Shown here: piece after piece, positions 38,644 to 48,855 of the stretch | Layout of the letters: the number at the start of each line of letters is the position of its first letter | Numbering within the stretch: the first letter of the stretch is position 1 | Program-made: the position numbers and the translations under genes | Assembly (NCBI GenBank): GCA_965243025.1 | Contig: CBDETY010000003.1 | Location: 4,640,001 to 4,704,000, forward strand | Reading direction: 5' to 3' | DNA: 64,000 nt | From: Candidatus Latescibacterota bacterium | GTDB taxonomy: Bacteria; Latescibacterota; UBA2968; UBA8231 | The notes under the pieces: model-generated | What the model was told of the DNA's origin: nothing | Seen by the model: the letters and a program-made list of their open reading frames with translations, nothing else | Database searches by the model: none

Positions 38644-39648
38644 ATGACATCCCCCTCCCTGCTGAACGCCGCGGTGATCGGCTGCGGCGGCCACGCCCAG
38701 GGCCACTTCCGGATGATCGCCGACGAACCCCGGCTGCACCTGAAGGCTATCGCCGAGATCGACCCCGAGCGGCTGCGCCGGAACAACGAAGAGCACGGTC
38801 CCGAAGCCGCCTTTACCGATTACCGGCAAATGCTCGACGAGTGCGACCTCGACGTCGTCCACGTCGTCACCATGCCGGGGCACCTGCTGCCGATCGTCAC
38901 CGACTGCCTCGAACGCGGCCTCCATGTCTCGGTCGAGAAATCGCCCGGCATGAACAGCGCCGAAACCGAGGCGATGGCCGCGGCGGCGCGCGCCTCTGGC
39001 GGCGTGGCGATGGTCTCATTCAACCGCCGCTACTTCCCGGAGGTGCTCGCCGTGCGCCGGCTGGTTCAGGAACGGGGCGGCGCCGTCCACTGCTCCGGGA
39101 CCTACAACAAACCGGTGACCCCGCTCGGTTACGGCGACATGGCCGCGACCACCCCGCCGGCGCTGGTCTGCGACGCCATCCATCACGTCGACCTGATCCG
39201 CTGGCTCGCCGGCGCGAGCCCGGAGAGCGCCGCGGTTCCGACCGCCGTGCACGCCTCGACCAACCACGGCCCCCGGGAAGGCTGCGACCGCCACAACGGC
39301 GTCGTCCACTTCGACACCGGGGCCATCGGGGTGATGATGAGCCATTACGGCGTCGGCTTCCGCATTCAGCGCGCCGAGGTCCACGCCGAGGATTTTTCCG
39401 CCTACCTCGACATGACGCGGGGTCCCCGCATCGAGCTGTACGAGGCAAGCTCCGGGAACGGACGGTTCAGGGGCGAGCCCATGGGGGACCTCGACCTCGA
39501 GGCGGTGGGCGGGCCCGGATTCAACGAGACCACCCACTTCGTCGACTGCATCCTCGGCGGCACCGAGCCCTGGTCGACACTGGACGACGCGGTGCACACC
39601 ATGCGCCTTTGCGAGGCGATCCTGCGCGGCCACCAGGGCGCGCTGTGA
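38644..39648 (+). CDS. Gfo/Idh/MocA family oxidoreductase
   Basis: VIGCGG, FTDYRQML, HVSVEKSPG, FNRRY, DAIHHVD. Confidence 0.88.
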   Translation: MTSPSLLNAAVIGCGGHAQGHFRMIADEPRLHLKAIAEIDPERLRRNNEEHGPEAAFTDYRQMLDECDLDVVHVVTMPGHLLPIVTDCLERGLHVSVEKSPGMNSAETEAMAAAARASGGVAMVSFNRRYFPEVLAVRRLVQERGGAVHCSGTYNKPVTPLGYGDMAATTPPALVCDAIHHVDLIRWLAGASPESAAVPTAVHASTNHGPREGCDRHNGVVHFDTGAIGVMMSHYGVGFRIQRAEVHAEDFSAYLDMTRGPRIELYEASSGNGRFRGEPMGDLDLEAVGGPGFNETTHFVDCILGGTEPWSTLDDAVHTMRLCEAILRGHQGAL

Positions 39649-39673
39649 ACCATTCACCCTGGGAGTCTGCAAC

Positions 39674-40534
39674 GTGAAGCTGAGCCTGTCCGTGCGCGTC
39701 GCCGAGAGCTTCGGCGACAAGACCAGGGCCGACATGACCCTGGAGGGGCTGGCCGGCCTCGCCCTGACCCACGGCTACCACGCCCTGTGCATGCGCGCCT
39801 CGCAGCTGGGAATCCAATCCGCCGCCGAACAGGTGCGGGCGGCGCGCGCCATGCTGGACGGCAACGGCCTCGCCGTGTCGATGGTCACCGGCGATTTCCC
39901 GATCCCGCAGAACAGCGACGCCGAAGGACCGCAGGCGCTGCGCAACATCACCCCCTACCTCGACCTCGCCGAGGGGCTGGGGGCCGACCTGCTGCGCATC
40001 TGCATGAAAACCGGGGCCGACATCCCCCATGCCCGCAGCGCCTGCGACGAGGCGGCCGAGCGCGGCATGCGCCTCGCCCACCAGTGCCACACCAGCAGCC
40101 TGTTCGAGGAGGTCGAGCGCTCCCTCGAGGTGGTGCGGCAGGTCGGCAGGCCCAACTTCGGGATCATCTACGAGCCGGTGAACCTCGATGCCTGCGGCCA
40201 GGATTACGGGCGGGAGACGATTGAGCGGTTCGCCCCCCACCTCTTCAACGTCTACCTGCAGAACCACGTCGAGAACCCGCAGGGAGAGGGAAGGCTCAAC
40301 ACCTGGTGCCGGGGCCCAGTCCGCTTCGACCACATCCCGGTCTGGGAGCCGGGGGGCATGGACTTCCCCGGGGTTTTCGCCGCCCTGCGGGAGATCGGCT
40401 ACGACGGTTACGTCACCATCCACCAGGCCTTCGCCGGTCTGCGCGGGCCCGCCGAAGCCGCCGAGCGCAGCGCCGCCTACCTGCGTTCGCTGGCGCCGTT
40501 CGAGGACCCCCTCCCCGGAGGGACCTCCCCGTGA
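39674..40534 (+). CDS. Sugar-phosphate isomerase/epimerase (xylose-isomerase-like TIM barrel)
   Basis: LAHQCH, VGRPNFGIIYEPVN, VYLQN, LREIGYDGYVTIH. Confidence 0.75.
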   Translation: MKLSLSVRVAESFGDKTRADMTLEGLAGLALTHGYHALCMRASQLGIQSAAEQVRAARAMLDGNGLAVSMVTGDFPIPQNSDAEGPQALRNITPYLDLAEGLGADLLRICMKTGADIPHARSACDEAAERGMRLAHQCHTSSLFEEVERSLEVVRQVGRPNFGIIYEPVNLDACGQDYGRETIERFAPHLFNVYLQNHVENPQGEGRLNTWCRGPVRFDHIPVWEPGGMDFPGVFAALREIGYDGYVTIHQAFAGLRGPAEAAERSAAYLRSLAPFEDPLPGGTSP

Positions 40535-41958
40535 GCCCGGCCCTCGAACCTTTTCCCACCATAGCAGGTTTGGCCCCGGCCCTCGAGAAGCGCCAGCTCT
40601 CCCCGGTCGAGGTCGCCGGGTACTACCTCGACCGCATCGGCAGCCGCAACGAGGAGCTCAACGCCTACCTCTGCATCACCGCCGACCGCGCCCTGGCCGC
40701 GGCGCGCGCCGCGGAGACCGCGATCCAGGGCGGGCACTACATCGGCCCCCTCCACGGCATCCCGCTGGCGGTCAAGGACCTGGTCGATATTTCCGGGCTG
40801 CCGACGACGGGGGGGTCGCTGCTGTTCCGCGACAAGGTCGCCGCCCGGGACGCGACCTGCGCCCGCAGGCTCTGGGAAGCCGGCGCGGTGCTGCTCGGCA
40901 AGACCGGCCTGGTCGAGTTCGCCTTCGGCGGCACCGGGGTCAACCACCATTACGGGACCCCCTGGAACCCCTGGGACGCCGGGGTTCACCGTCTTCCGGG
41001 CGGCTCGAGCAGCGGCTCCGGGGTCGCCGTGGCCGCCGACCTGGCGCCGGCGGCCATCGGCAGCGACACCGGGGGCTCGGTGCGTATCCCCGCCTCGTTC
41101 TGCGGCATCGTCGGCCTCAAGCCGACTTTCGGACGCCTGAGCAACTCCGGGGTCCTCCCTCTCGACAGCGCCCTCGACTCGGTCGGGCCGATGACCCGCT
41201 GCGTGCGCGACGCGGCGCTACTGTACCGCGTCCTGGCGGGGCCCGATCCGGCCGACCCGGACACCTGGGATCAACCGGTCGACGCGGTCTTCGACGAGCT
41301 GGAAGGGGACGTTGGAGGCATGCGCGTCTGCCTGCCGCGGGAGTACTTCTGGGAAGAGGTCGACCCGGAGGTCGAAGCCGCGGTCCGCGCCTGCGTGCAA
41401 GTCTTCGCCGACCAGGGGGTCGACGTCGACGAGGTCTCGGTCGAGGAGCTCGACGAGCTGGCCGAGCTGCAGCCGTGGCGCATGACCTCGGTCGAAACCT
41501 ACCTCCGGCTCCGCGAATACCTCGAAGACGATCCGGCAGCTTTCGACCCGGTCGTGGCGGGCCGCATACTCGCAGGCAGGGACATGACGGCGTGCGAATA
41601 CCTGCACATGCAGCGGCGCCGCGAGGAGCTGCGGCGGTCGGCCCTGAGGCGGCTCGACGGCATCGACGCCCTGCTGGCGCCCACCACGGCGGTCGCGGCG
41701 CCCACCCTCGAAGAGACCGACACCGACGAGAACTACGGCCCGGTGAACCTGATGGCCCTGCGCAACACGCTGCCCGTCAACCAACTGGGGCTGTGCGCGG
41801 TGTCGCTGCCCTGCGGGCTGACGCGGGGGGGGCTGCCGGTGGGGCTGCAGCTGATCGGCAAGCCCTACGGAGAGGGGCGCCTTCTCAGGCTGGCGCGCGC
41901 CTTCGAGGACGCCACCGAGTGGCACCTTCTGCACCCGGAGGTCGAGCTGTTCGACTAG
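40531..41958 (+). CDS. Amidase signature family protein (GatA-like)
   Basis: GPLHGIPLAVKD, PGGSSSGSG, GSDTGGSVRIPASFCG (Ser-cisSer-Lys triad), GLPVGLQLIG. GTGA overlap with the upstream gene. Confidence 0.92.
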   Translation: MSPALEPFPTIAGLAPALEKRQLSPVEVAGYYLDRIGSRNEELNAYLCITADRALAAARAAETAIQGGHYIGPLHGIPLAVKDLVDISGLPTTGGSLLFRDKVAARDATCARRLWEAGAVLLGKTGLVEFAFGGTGVNHHYGTPWNPWDAGVHRLPGGSSSGSGVAVAADLAPAAIGSDTGGSVRIPASFCGIVGLKPTFGRLSNSGVLPLDSALDSVGPMTRCVRDAALLYRVLAGPDPADPDTWDQPVDAVFDELEGDVGGMRVCLPREYFWEEVDPEVEAAVRACVQVFADQGVDVDEVSVEELDELAELQPWRMTSVETYLRLREYLEDDPAAFDPVVAGRILAGRDMTACEYLHMQRRREELRRSALRRLDGIDALLAPTTAVAAPTLEETDTDENYGPVNLMALRNTLPVNQLGLCAVSLPCGLTRGGLPVGLQLIGKPYGEGRLLRLARAFEDATEWHLLHPEVELFD

Positions 41959-42148
41959 CGGCAGCGCCCCCCGGCCGCAGAAAGGCGACCTGGAGCCAGG
42001 CCGTTGGCGGGCTCGCCGGAGCCGGGGGAAAAATCCCCGCTCACCGCCGGACCGTGGCGGTTCCGGGCCCTGATGCCGGAGCTCGGCCGCCCCGATCGGT
42101 ATGGGGCTAACTGCATACCAGGGCCGTGCTTACACGCTTTGCCCAAAA

Positions 42149-42177
42149 TTGCCACTGCCTGCTTCCCCCTCTATATT
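42149..42177 (+). promoter_or_regulatory. Sigma70 promoter of tRNA-Glu
   Basis: TTGCCA-N17-TATATT followed by a GC-rich discriminator, 34 bp before the tRNA. Confidence 0.6.
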
Positions 42178-42211
42178 CAGCCGCTGCCTGAAACTGAAAC
42201 CATCCGTTTTT

Positions 42212-42286
42212 GCTCCCATCGTCTAGCGGTCAGGACCCAGGGTTTTCAACCCTGTAACCGGAGTTCGACTCTCCGTGGGAGCACCA
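42212..42286 (+). tRNA. tRNA-Glu (anticodon UUC)
   Basis: GCTCCCA/TGGGAGC acceptor stem, anticodon arm CAGGG-TTTTCAA-CCCTG, T-loop GTTCGACTC, encoded CCA end. Confidence 0.96.
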
Positions 42287-42290
42287 GAAC

Positions 42291-42324
42291 AAAGCCTCCG
42301 GAACCGATGCTCCGGGGGCTTTTT
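42291..42324. terminator. Rho-independent (likely bidirectional) terminator
   Basis: aaagcctccgga...tccgggggcttttt hairpin between the tRNA and the convergent CNNM gene. Confidence 0.75.
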
Positions 42325-42330
42325 CTTGCT

Positions 42331-43356
42331 TCAGGCGTCGAGGGTGCGCTCGCGGCGACGGCGGGCGAGCTCGCGCAGGTCGGCCACCCTGTCGAACTCG
42401 TCGACGATCTCCTGTCCGAGGATTTCCTCGATCACGTCCTCGAGAGTCACCACCCCGGCGAGGCCGCCGAACTCGTCCAGAACTATCAGCAGGTGCTGGC
42501 GCTTTTCCATGAACATGCGCAGCAGCCTGTCGAGCCCCACCGATTCGGCGACGAAATCCACGGGGCGCATCATCTCCTCGAGCCTGGCCTCCCCCGAACC
42601 CCCTGCCATGGCGGCGAGCACCTCCCGCCCCAGGACGATCCCCACCACGTCGTCGGGGTTCTTGTCGTACACGGGGATGCGGCTGTGCTCGAAAGTGCCG
42701 CGCGTGCGTAGCTCCTCCAGGGTCGTGGAGGCATGCAGGGCGAACACCACGGTGCGCGGGGTCATGATGTCGCGCACCGACTTGTCCTGCAGGGTGAGGA
42801 TGTTGGCGATCACCGCGGCCTGGTCGGACTCGAGGGCGCCGGTCTGCTGCCCCATGCGCGCCAGCCCTAGAATTTCCTCCTCCGACACGTGCTCCGGCTC
42901 GCGGCCCTGCGACACCACGCGGGTTACCATGCCGCACAGCCAGATCAGGGGGCGGAACAGCCACACCAGCAGTGCCAGGGGCGGCGCCACCACCAAGGCC
43001 AGCGGCCGGTTGTAGACCACCCCCGCGGTTTTTGGAATCACCTCGGAGAACATCAGGATGGCCAGTGTGAAGGCCGCGGAGAAGTAGCCCACCCAGGCCT
43101 CGCCGAAGACGCTGGCGGCCGCGGCCCCGGCGACCGCGGCGCCGGCGGTGTTGGCGATGGTGTTGAGCGACAGGATGGCCGCGATCGGACGGTCGACGTT
43201 TTCCCGCAGGCGCTGCAGGATGCGGCCCGCCTTGCGGTCGGCATTCGCCAGCGATTCGATGTGCCCCACCGGCACCGAGTAGAGCACGGCCTCGAACAGG
43301 GAGCACATCGCCGAGATCAGCACCGCCGCGGCGACGGCGACTATCAGTTCTGCCAT
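42331..43356 (-). CDS. CNNM (DUF21) + CBS-pair protein (CorC/HlyC-like Mg/Co transporter-associated)
   Basis: SAMCSLFEAVL, ILSLNTIANT, FSEVIPKT, IMTPR, HSRIPVY, VLDEFGG..GVVTLEDVIEEILG.EIVDE. Confidence 0.92.
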   Translation of the reverse strand: MAELIVAVAAAVLISAMCSLFEAVLYSVPVGHIESLANADRKAGRILQRLRENVDRPIAAILSLNTIANTAGAAVAGAAAASVFGEAWVGYFSAAFTLAILMFSEVIPKTAGVVYNRPLALVVAPPLALLVWLFRPLIWLCGMVTRVVSQGREPEHVSEEEILGLARMGQQTGALESDQAAVIANILTLQDKSVRDIMTPRTVVFALHASTTLEELRTRGTFEHSRIPVYDKNPDDVVGIVLGREVLAAMAGGSGEARLEEMMRPVDFVAESVGLDRLLRMFMEKRQHLLIVLDEFGGLAGVVTLEDVIEEILGQEIVDEFDRVADLRELARRRRERTLDA

Positions 43357-43517
43357 GAGGGTTCTTCAGTTTGAGAGGAGTTTGGACTGTTCCGCGGTCG
43401 ACCGTGGAGAAGGCAGGCCGCGGATCGATGGACTATTGCTACCGGCTCAGTACCTTGTAAAATACCTGCCTGATTCAGCATGTCATCTCTGTTTTCTGAC
43501 GACAGGGGCCTCCTCCC

Positions 43518-44348
43518 TTGAAACTATCCGTATTCACCGACGAGATCTCCCCTTCTCCTTCCCGCGCCTTGGAGCTGGCTGCGGCGTGGGGCATCTCCCA
43601 CATCGAGGTGCGCGGTTTCGAAGGTGGCCGTTTCCCCCGCGTCGGGGATGCCGAGCTGCAGGACTTCCAGCGCCGTTTCGAGGATGCCGGGCTCGCGGTG
43701 TCCGGCGTCTCCCCCGGCCTTTTCAAGTGCCGGCTGGACGACCCCTCGATTGACCGCGAAATGACCGAGGTTCTCCCGCGCGCCTGCGAATGGGCGCTGC
43801 GCTGGGGGACGGACCGGGTTTCCTGCTTCGCCTTCCGCCCTGGCGGGGAAACGCAGATGCCGGCCGAGGTGGTGGACCGGCTCGCCGCCATGTGCGAGAT
43901 CGCCGGCGGCGCCGGCTGCCGGCTGCTGCTGGAGAACGAGGCCGGGTGCTGGGGCGGCACCGGCCTCCAGGCCGCCGCAATCATCCGCCGGGTCGGAAGG
44001 GAACGCCTCGGCCTGTGCTGGGACCCGGGAAACGCCGCCCGCGCCGGTTCGGCCAGTCCCTACCCGGATGAATTCGAAGAACTGCGCGACCCGGACGGGC
44101 CGACGATCGGCTGCGTGCACATGAAAAACTACGTCTCCGCGGCCGGAGCATGGGGTTTGCTGGAAGGACCCGACATCGACTGGCGGGCCCTGCTTCAAGC
44201 CTTGAAAGGGGACGGAAACGAAGGTTTTGTCGTTGTCGAGACGCACACCGACAGACTGCACGAGACGTTCGGCCCGGTCGACGAAAGTCTGACCCCGAGG
44301 GAGTCGAACACGTTGCGCAATATCGAATTCGCACGCGCGTGTCTGTAG
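43518..44348 (+). CDS. Sugar-phosphate isomerase/epimerase (TIM barrel)
   Basis: LSVFTDEIS, LLLENE, WDPGNA, VHMKN, VVETH metal motifs. Confidence 0.8.
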   Translation: MKLSVFTDEISPSPSRALELAAAWGISHIEVRGFEGGRFPRVGDAELQDFQRRFEDAGLAVSGVSPGLFKCRLDDPSIDREMTEVLPRACEWALRWGTDRVSCFAFRPGGETQMPAEVVDRLAAMCEIAGGAGCRLLLENEAGCWGGTGLQAAAIIRRVGRERLGLCWDPGNAARAGSASPYPDEFEELRDPDGPTIGCVHMKNYVSAAGAWGLLEGPDIDWRALLQALKGDGNEGFVVVETHTDRLHETFGPVDESLTPRESNTLRNIEFARACL

Positions 44349-45841
44349 AGTCCGGCCGCTCCCTGTCGACGCGCGCCCTGCGCGGGGTGTTGTGGACGGC
44401 CAGCCCCTTCGCCCTGCAGCTGTTCATCGGGGTGCTGTTCTACGCCTTCATCCCCACGGAGGAGATGGGGCGTTTCGAGTACGCCCTGATCGTCGTCATG
44501 GTCCTCGCGCTGGTCGCCGACCTCGGCCTGGGATCGGCCCTGGTTCAGCACCGGAACACCTCCGAGGAGCACTTCGACTCCGCCTTCTGGACCAACCTCG
44601 CCGCCGGCGCGGCCCTGACCGCTGGCCTCGCCGCCGCCGCTCCCCAGCTGGCGCGCCTGAGCGGCGCCGAGGACCCTGAGCAGTTCGCCCGCGTCACCCG
44701 GGTCCTGGTTCTGCTGGTCCCCTTCGCCGCGGTCTCCGGCGTCTTTCGCGGCAGGCTGCAAAAGGACCTCCGCTTCCGCCAGATGGCCGCGGCCGAGGTG
44801 TTCTCCATCCTCGTCTACACCGCCGCCGCCATCCTCCTGCTGCGCCGGTACGGAGTCATGGCCGCCGTTATCAGCGCGGTGGTACGCGAGCTGGCGCTGC
44901 TCGCCGGATTGTGGCGCGCCAGCTCCTGGACGCCGCGGCCCCGCTTCCGGCTGTCCGCCCTCGGCGACCTGTTTCGCTTCGGGATCAACCTGACCGGTTC
45001 GCGCTGCCTGAACTACGCCGGCCACAACCTCGCCGGGTTCGTCATCTTCCCCCTGCTCGGGGAAACGGCGCTGGGGTACTACCGCTTCGCCCATCGCCTC
45101 ACCCTGATGCCGCTCGTGCGTATTTCGGCGGTCGTCATGCGCGTCTTCTTTCCGACCTTCTCCGCCATCCAGGAAGACGACGCGCTGCTGCGGCGCGGCT
45201 ACCTGCGCGCGGTGCAGTCGATCGCCCTCTTCTTCTGGCCGCTGCTCGCGGTCTTCGTCTTCGCCCCGGAAGCGCTCGAGCTGCTCAGGCGGGTGGACGG
45301 ACGCGACCTCCGCCCGGCCGCCCTGCCGCTGCAGCTGCTGGCCGCCGCCGCCCTGTTCAAGGGGGCCGGCTGCGCAGTCGGCTCGATCTTCCTCGCCAAG
45401 GGGAGGTCCAACTGGCTGCTGTACTGGTCGATCTTCAGTCTCGCGGTGCTGCTTCCCGTGCTCTTCGCGTGCGTCTCCCACGGCGTCGCCTGGGCAACGG
45501 CGGCCATCGCCGGAACCGCCCTCCTCTTTCTCCTCCTTTCGCAGCACCTTACCAACCGACTGATCGGCCTGACCTTCGTTGACTTCGCCGGCGCCCTGGC
45601 GCGGCCGGCAGGGGTCACGGCGCTGGTGCTGGCGGTCCTGGTGCCGGTGCGCAGCCTGGCAACCGCCGACGCCCTCGCCGCCTGTGCCGCAGGCGCCCTG
45701 GCCTGGGTCGCCGCGACGCTGATCGGGATGCGGCTGCTCGCCTGGGAGTTGTGCCGCGAACTGTGGCGCACCGCCCGCGGCCGCTCTTCCCGGAAGCCTG
45801 CGGACCACGCGGGGCCGGAGGATTCTCCGCACCTGCCGTAG
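44339..45841 (+). CDS. Polysaccharide flippase (Wzx / PST family)
   Basis: RALRGVLW, DLGLGSALVQ, SAFWTN, LQKDLRFR, LGYYRFA, VFFPTFSAIQ, about 12-14 TM helices. Overlaps the upstream stop. Confidence 0.85.
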   Translation: MSVESGRSLSTRALRGVLWTASPFALQLFIGVLFYAFIPTEEMGRFEYALIVVMVLALVADLGLGSALVQHRNTSEEHFDSAFWTNLAAGAALTAGLAAAAPQLARLSGAEDPEQFARVTRVLVLLVPFAAVSGVFRGRLQKDLRFRQMAAAEVFSILVYTAAAILLLRRYGVMAAVISAVVRELALLAGLWRASSWTPRPRFRLSALGDLFRFGINLTGSRCLNYAGHNLAGFVIFPLLGETALGYYRFAHRLTLMPLVRISAVVMRVFFPTFSAIQEDDALLRRGYLRAVQSIALFFWPLLAVFVFAPEALELLRRVDGRDLRPAALPLQLLAAAALFKGAGCAVGSIFLAKGRSNWLLYWSIFSLAVLLPVLFACVSHGVAWATAAIAGTALLFLLLSQHLTNRLIGLTFVDFAGALARPAGVTALVLAVLVPVRSLATADALAACAAGALAWVAATLIGMRLLAWELCRELWRTARGRSSRKPADHAGPEDSPHLP

Positions 45842-45852
45842 AGACTCTTCCT

Positions 45853-45881
45853 TTGCGCCGCTCCGGGGTCTGGAGTATTTT
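45853..45881 (+). promoter_or_regulatory. Putative sigma70 promoter for pdxST
   Basis: TTGCGC-N17-TATTTT upstream of pdxS. Confidence 0.35.
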
Positions 45882-45944
45882 CTTCGCCCTTCAGTCCCGG
45901 AAGTCGTGAACTACACTCTCGCAGTCACTTAAGGGGATTTACCA

Positions 45945-46850
45945 ATGAGCGAAAAGACCAACGGACAGCCGGCATCGGGAACCTTCAGGCTCAAGACCGG
46001 CCTCGCCGAAATGCTCAAGGGGGGCGTCATAATGGACGTCACGGACGCCGACCAGGCCCGCATCGCCGAGGACGCGGGCGCCGCATCGGTAATGGCCCTG
46101 GAACGCGTCCCCGCCGATATCCGCAAGGATGGGGGCGTCGCCCGCATGGCGAGCATCCGCAAGATCCGCGAGATCATGGAGGCGGTCACGATTCCGGTCA
46201 TGGCCAAGGTGCGCATCGGCCATTTCGCCGAAGCCCAGGTGCTGCAGTCGGTCGGCGTCGACTACATCGACGAAAGCGAGGTCCTGACTCCCGCCGACGA
46301 GAATTTCCACGTCGACAAGTTCGCCTTCGACGTCCCCTTCGTGTGCGGGGCGCGCAACCTCGGGGAAGCCCTGCGCCGCATCGGCGAGGGAGCGGCCATG
46401 ATCCGCACCAAGGGGGAAGCCGGCTCCGGCAACATCGTCGAGGCCGTCCGCCACATGCGCTCGGTCGTCGGCGAGATGCGCCGCCTGACCACCCTGGGGC
46501 CCGAGGAGCTGATGACCGCGGCCAAGGAGCTCGGGGCGCCGTACGAGCTCGTCCGCATGGTCGCCGCCGAGGGCAAGCTGCCGGTCCCCAACTTCGCCGC
46601 CGGCGGCGTAGCCACCCCGGCTGACGCGTCGCTGATGATGCAGCTCGGGGCCGAGGCGATCTTCGTCGGCTCCGGCGTCTTCAAGTCGAGCGACCCGCCG
46701 AAGCGGGCCAAGGCGATCGTCGAAGCGACCACCCACTACCTCGACGCCGAGGTGCTGGCCCGGGTCTCCGAGGAGCTCGGGGAAGCCATGCCCGGTATCG
46801 AGATCGGCTCGCTGGAAGACGGGCAACTGCTGCAGACGCGCGGGTGGTAG
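45945..46850 (+). CDS. pdxS: Pyridoxal 5'-phosphate synthase lyase subunit
   Basis: [65 protein letters not shown]. Confidence 0.98.
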   Translation: MSEKTNGQPASGTFRLKTGLAEMLKGGVIMDVTDADQARIAEDAGAASVMALERVPADIRKDGGVARMASIRKIREIMEAVTIPVMAKVRIGHFAEAQVLQSVGVDYIDESEVLTPADENFHVDKFAFDVPFVCGARNLGEALRRIGEGAAMIRTKGEAGSGNIVEAVRHMRSVVGEMRRLTTLGPEELMTAAKELGAPYELVRMVAAEGKLPVPNFAAGGVATPADASLMMQLGAEAIFVGSGVFKSSDPPKRAKAIVEATTHYLDAEVLARVSEELGEAMPGIEIGSLEDGQLLQTRGW

Positions 46851-47500
46851 CCGAACCGGAACCCGCCGGCAGCGCCCGGCAACCGACCGCTTCGGAGATG
46901 GGGAAAGAGCCCGATCGGGTCAGCCGGGGGCCGCTGGGAATCCTCGGTCTGCAGGGGGATTTCGCCGCGCACGGGCGCGCCCTCGCCGCCATCGGCGTCG
47001 ACTCGGCCATCGTCAAGCAGCCGCCGCAGCTCGACGCCGTCGACGGCCTTATCCTTCCGGGCGGCGAAAGCACGACCCTGATCAAGCTGATGGACACGTG
47101 GGGCTTCTGGGAGCCGCTGCGCGAATTCATCGACTCGGGCCGCCCGGTGTTCGGCACCTGCGCCGGGCTCATCCTGCTCGCCGCCGAGGTCGTCAACCCC
47201 CCGCAGAAATCGCTGGCCGCCATCGACGTCACCGTCGAGCGCAACAGCTACGGACGCCAGCGCGAGAGCTTCGAGGCGCTCGGCACCTTCGCCGCCAACG
47301 GCCGCGGCCGCGACCTGCCGATGGTCTTCATCCGCGCCCCGCGGATCCTGCGCCTGGGGGCAGGGGTCGAACCCCTCGCTCATTGCCGCGGCGATGTCGT
47401 CATGGCCCGCAGCGGCAACGTGCTCGCCGCGAGCTTCCACCCGGAGCTCACCCCGGACAGCGCCGTCCACCGCTACTTCGCTGGCATGGCCGCCGGCTGA
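46844..47500 (+). CDS. pdxT: Pyridoxal 5'-phosphate synthase glutaminase subunit (start may be 46898)
   Basis: [47 protein letters not shown]. Confidence 0.96.
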   Translation: MVAEPEPAGSARQPTASEMGKEPDRVSRGPLGILGLQGDFAAHGRALAAIGVDSAIVKQPPQLDAVDGLILPGGESTTLIKLMDTWGFWEPLREFIDSGRPVFGTCAGLILLAAEVVNPPQKSLAAIDVTVERNSYGRQRESFEALGTFAANGRGRDLPMVFIRAPRILRLGAGVEPLAHCRGDVVMARSGNVLAASFHPELTPDSAVHRYFAGMAAG

Positions 47501-47524
47501 GGCCGGGGGGAGGCCGGAAAACAG

Positions 47525-47557
47525 AAGGGGGACCCGGTATTCCGGATCCCCCTTTTT
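47525..47557. terminator. Rho-independent terminator between pdxT and the convergent OMP gene
   Basis: aagggggacccgg-tatt-ccggatcccccttttt hairpin with a T-tract. Confidence 0.7.
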
Positions 47558-47579
47558 CATTTCGAGCCGGTGCGGCGGC

Positions 47580-48185
47580 TCAGAAGTTGACCTGCACCCG
47601 CGCGGAAAAGCGGTTGATGGAGATGTCGTCGTCGGCAAAGATGAAGTCGCGCTGGTAGCGGAGCCCCACCTGCAGGCGGTCGCCGATGAACATCTCCGCC
47701 CCGGCACCCGGCACGATTCCGAACTTGACGTCTCCCCCGGACGGCGAGTAGAGCTCGGCGTCGAGAGAGAAGAAGTAGTTGAACGGCCTCAGGTCGAGGG
47801 AGTTCCGCATCCCGGCGCTGAACAGGTCGGCCGCCGAGTCGCCCCCGATGCGGCCGTACCCGGCCTGGAAGGACAGCCACTCCTCGATCTTGTAGCCGAG
47901 GTAGAGACCGGACATCAGGTCGGTGCTGGAGATCCCCTCCTCCTCCACGTCCGCCGGGTCGATGTCGACCATCGCCGCCCCGAAGAACCCCTCGGCGTAG
48001 AACTGCCCCACGCGGCCGTAGTAGGGGTAGCCCCCCTTGCCGTACTCGCTCCCCTCCTCTCCGTCGGTGCGCCCCGGTTCCGGCGCCGCGGAAACAGGGC
48101 CGGCGCCGAGGAGGCAGGCCAGCGCCAGGCCGACCAGGGCGCGCGCCGGGATGGCGCGCTGTGAGAATGGCTCATGCCTCTTCAT
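47580..48185 (-). CDS. Outer-membrane beta-barrel protein (small, OmpA/OmpW-type membrane domain)
   Basis: Signal peptide, amphipathic beta-strands, and a C-terminal aromatic beta-signal (RVQVNF). Confidence 0.7.
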   Translation of the reverse strand: MKRHEPFSQRAIPARALVGLALACLLGAGPVSAAPEPGRTDGEEGSEYGKGGYPYYGRVGQFYAEGFFGAAMVDIDPADVEEEGISSTDLMSGLYLGYKIEEWLSFQAGYGRIGGDSAADLFSAGMRNSLDLRPFNYFFSLDAELYSPSGGDVKFGIVPGAGAEMFIGDRLQVGLRYQRDFIFADDDISINRFSARVQVNF

Positions 48186-48230
48186 GGTAGCTCCCCTTCC
48201 GGCAACGGAAGCCGTGAGTCAGCGGTGACC

Positions 48231-48836
48231 TCACAGTCCGATGCTCCTCTTCTTGAAGTGCTTGACGATCTCCTTGTGATCCGTCCACAGGATCTCCGCG
48301 GTCTCGATGTCGGTCAGCTCGAAGGTCGCCTTGTAGTACACCGCCTTGTTGGGTCCGACCTGCTGCACGTTGGAGGTGATCACGCCGCCGAGCAGGAACC
48401 CGGCCGCCTTCTGGTTCCCCGGGCCTTTCGCCTCGTCGGGGTCGACGTACCCCGACTGCTGGTACTCGTACTCCTCGGCGATCTCGAGCCGGGCACCCTT
48501 GTCGAGGAATCCGAAACGGCCGCTCTGGATCAGCGCCGTCTTGACGTGATCGTAGAGCGCTCCCATGTCGATGCGCTCGCTGGTGCGGTTCTTCGGCCGT
48601 TCGAGAATGATCAGCGGTTTGCCCTCCAGTCCCGCGGTGGTTTTCCACTTGTCGAGCGAGTTGACCACTGTCTTGGCGACCAGCTGCATGTCGTTCTGGT
48701 TCCAGCGGTCGTCGAGCATGCTGATCTCTTCGGGGTCGCCGTATTCACCCCGGGTGAAAGCGCGCGGCCCGGCGCAGGCCGACAGCAGTGCGGCGAGGCC
48801 CGCCAGCGCGAGGCCTGATTTCGTCCAGCGGCTCAT
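48231..48836 (-). CDS. LpoB/YcfM-like lipoprotein (PBP activator family)
   Basis: Lipobox LLSAC, D.Q.VA..VVNSL, NRTSERID, YYKATFELTDIET.EILWTD.KEI.K. Confidence 0.75.
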   Translation of the reverse strand: MSRWTKSGLALAGLAALLSACAGPRAFTRGEYGDPEEISMLDDRWNQNDMQLVAKTVVNSLDKWKTTAGLEGKPLIILERPKNRTSERIDMGALYDHVKTALIQSGRFGFLDKGARLEIAEEYEYQQSGYVDPDEAKGPGNQKAAGFLLGGVITSNVQQVGPNKAVYYKATFELTDIETAEILWTDHKEIVKHFKKRSIGL

Positions 48837-48855
48837 CGTTAGGTCCTCCTGTCTT

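Noticed and set aside
40531-41958. gatA (Glu-tRNA amidotransferase A), suggested by the adjacent tRNA-Glu
   Set aside because: There is no gatB or gatC, GatA-specific segments are absent, and the gene is coupled to catabolic genes. It is called a general amidase.
42212-42330. tRNA-Glu as an integration site for an island or prophage
   Set aside because: No integrase and no duplicated tRNA 3' end were seen. The tRNA is followed directly by a terminator and a housekeeping gene.
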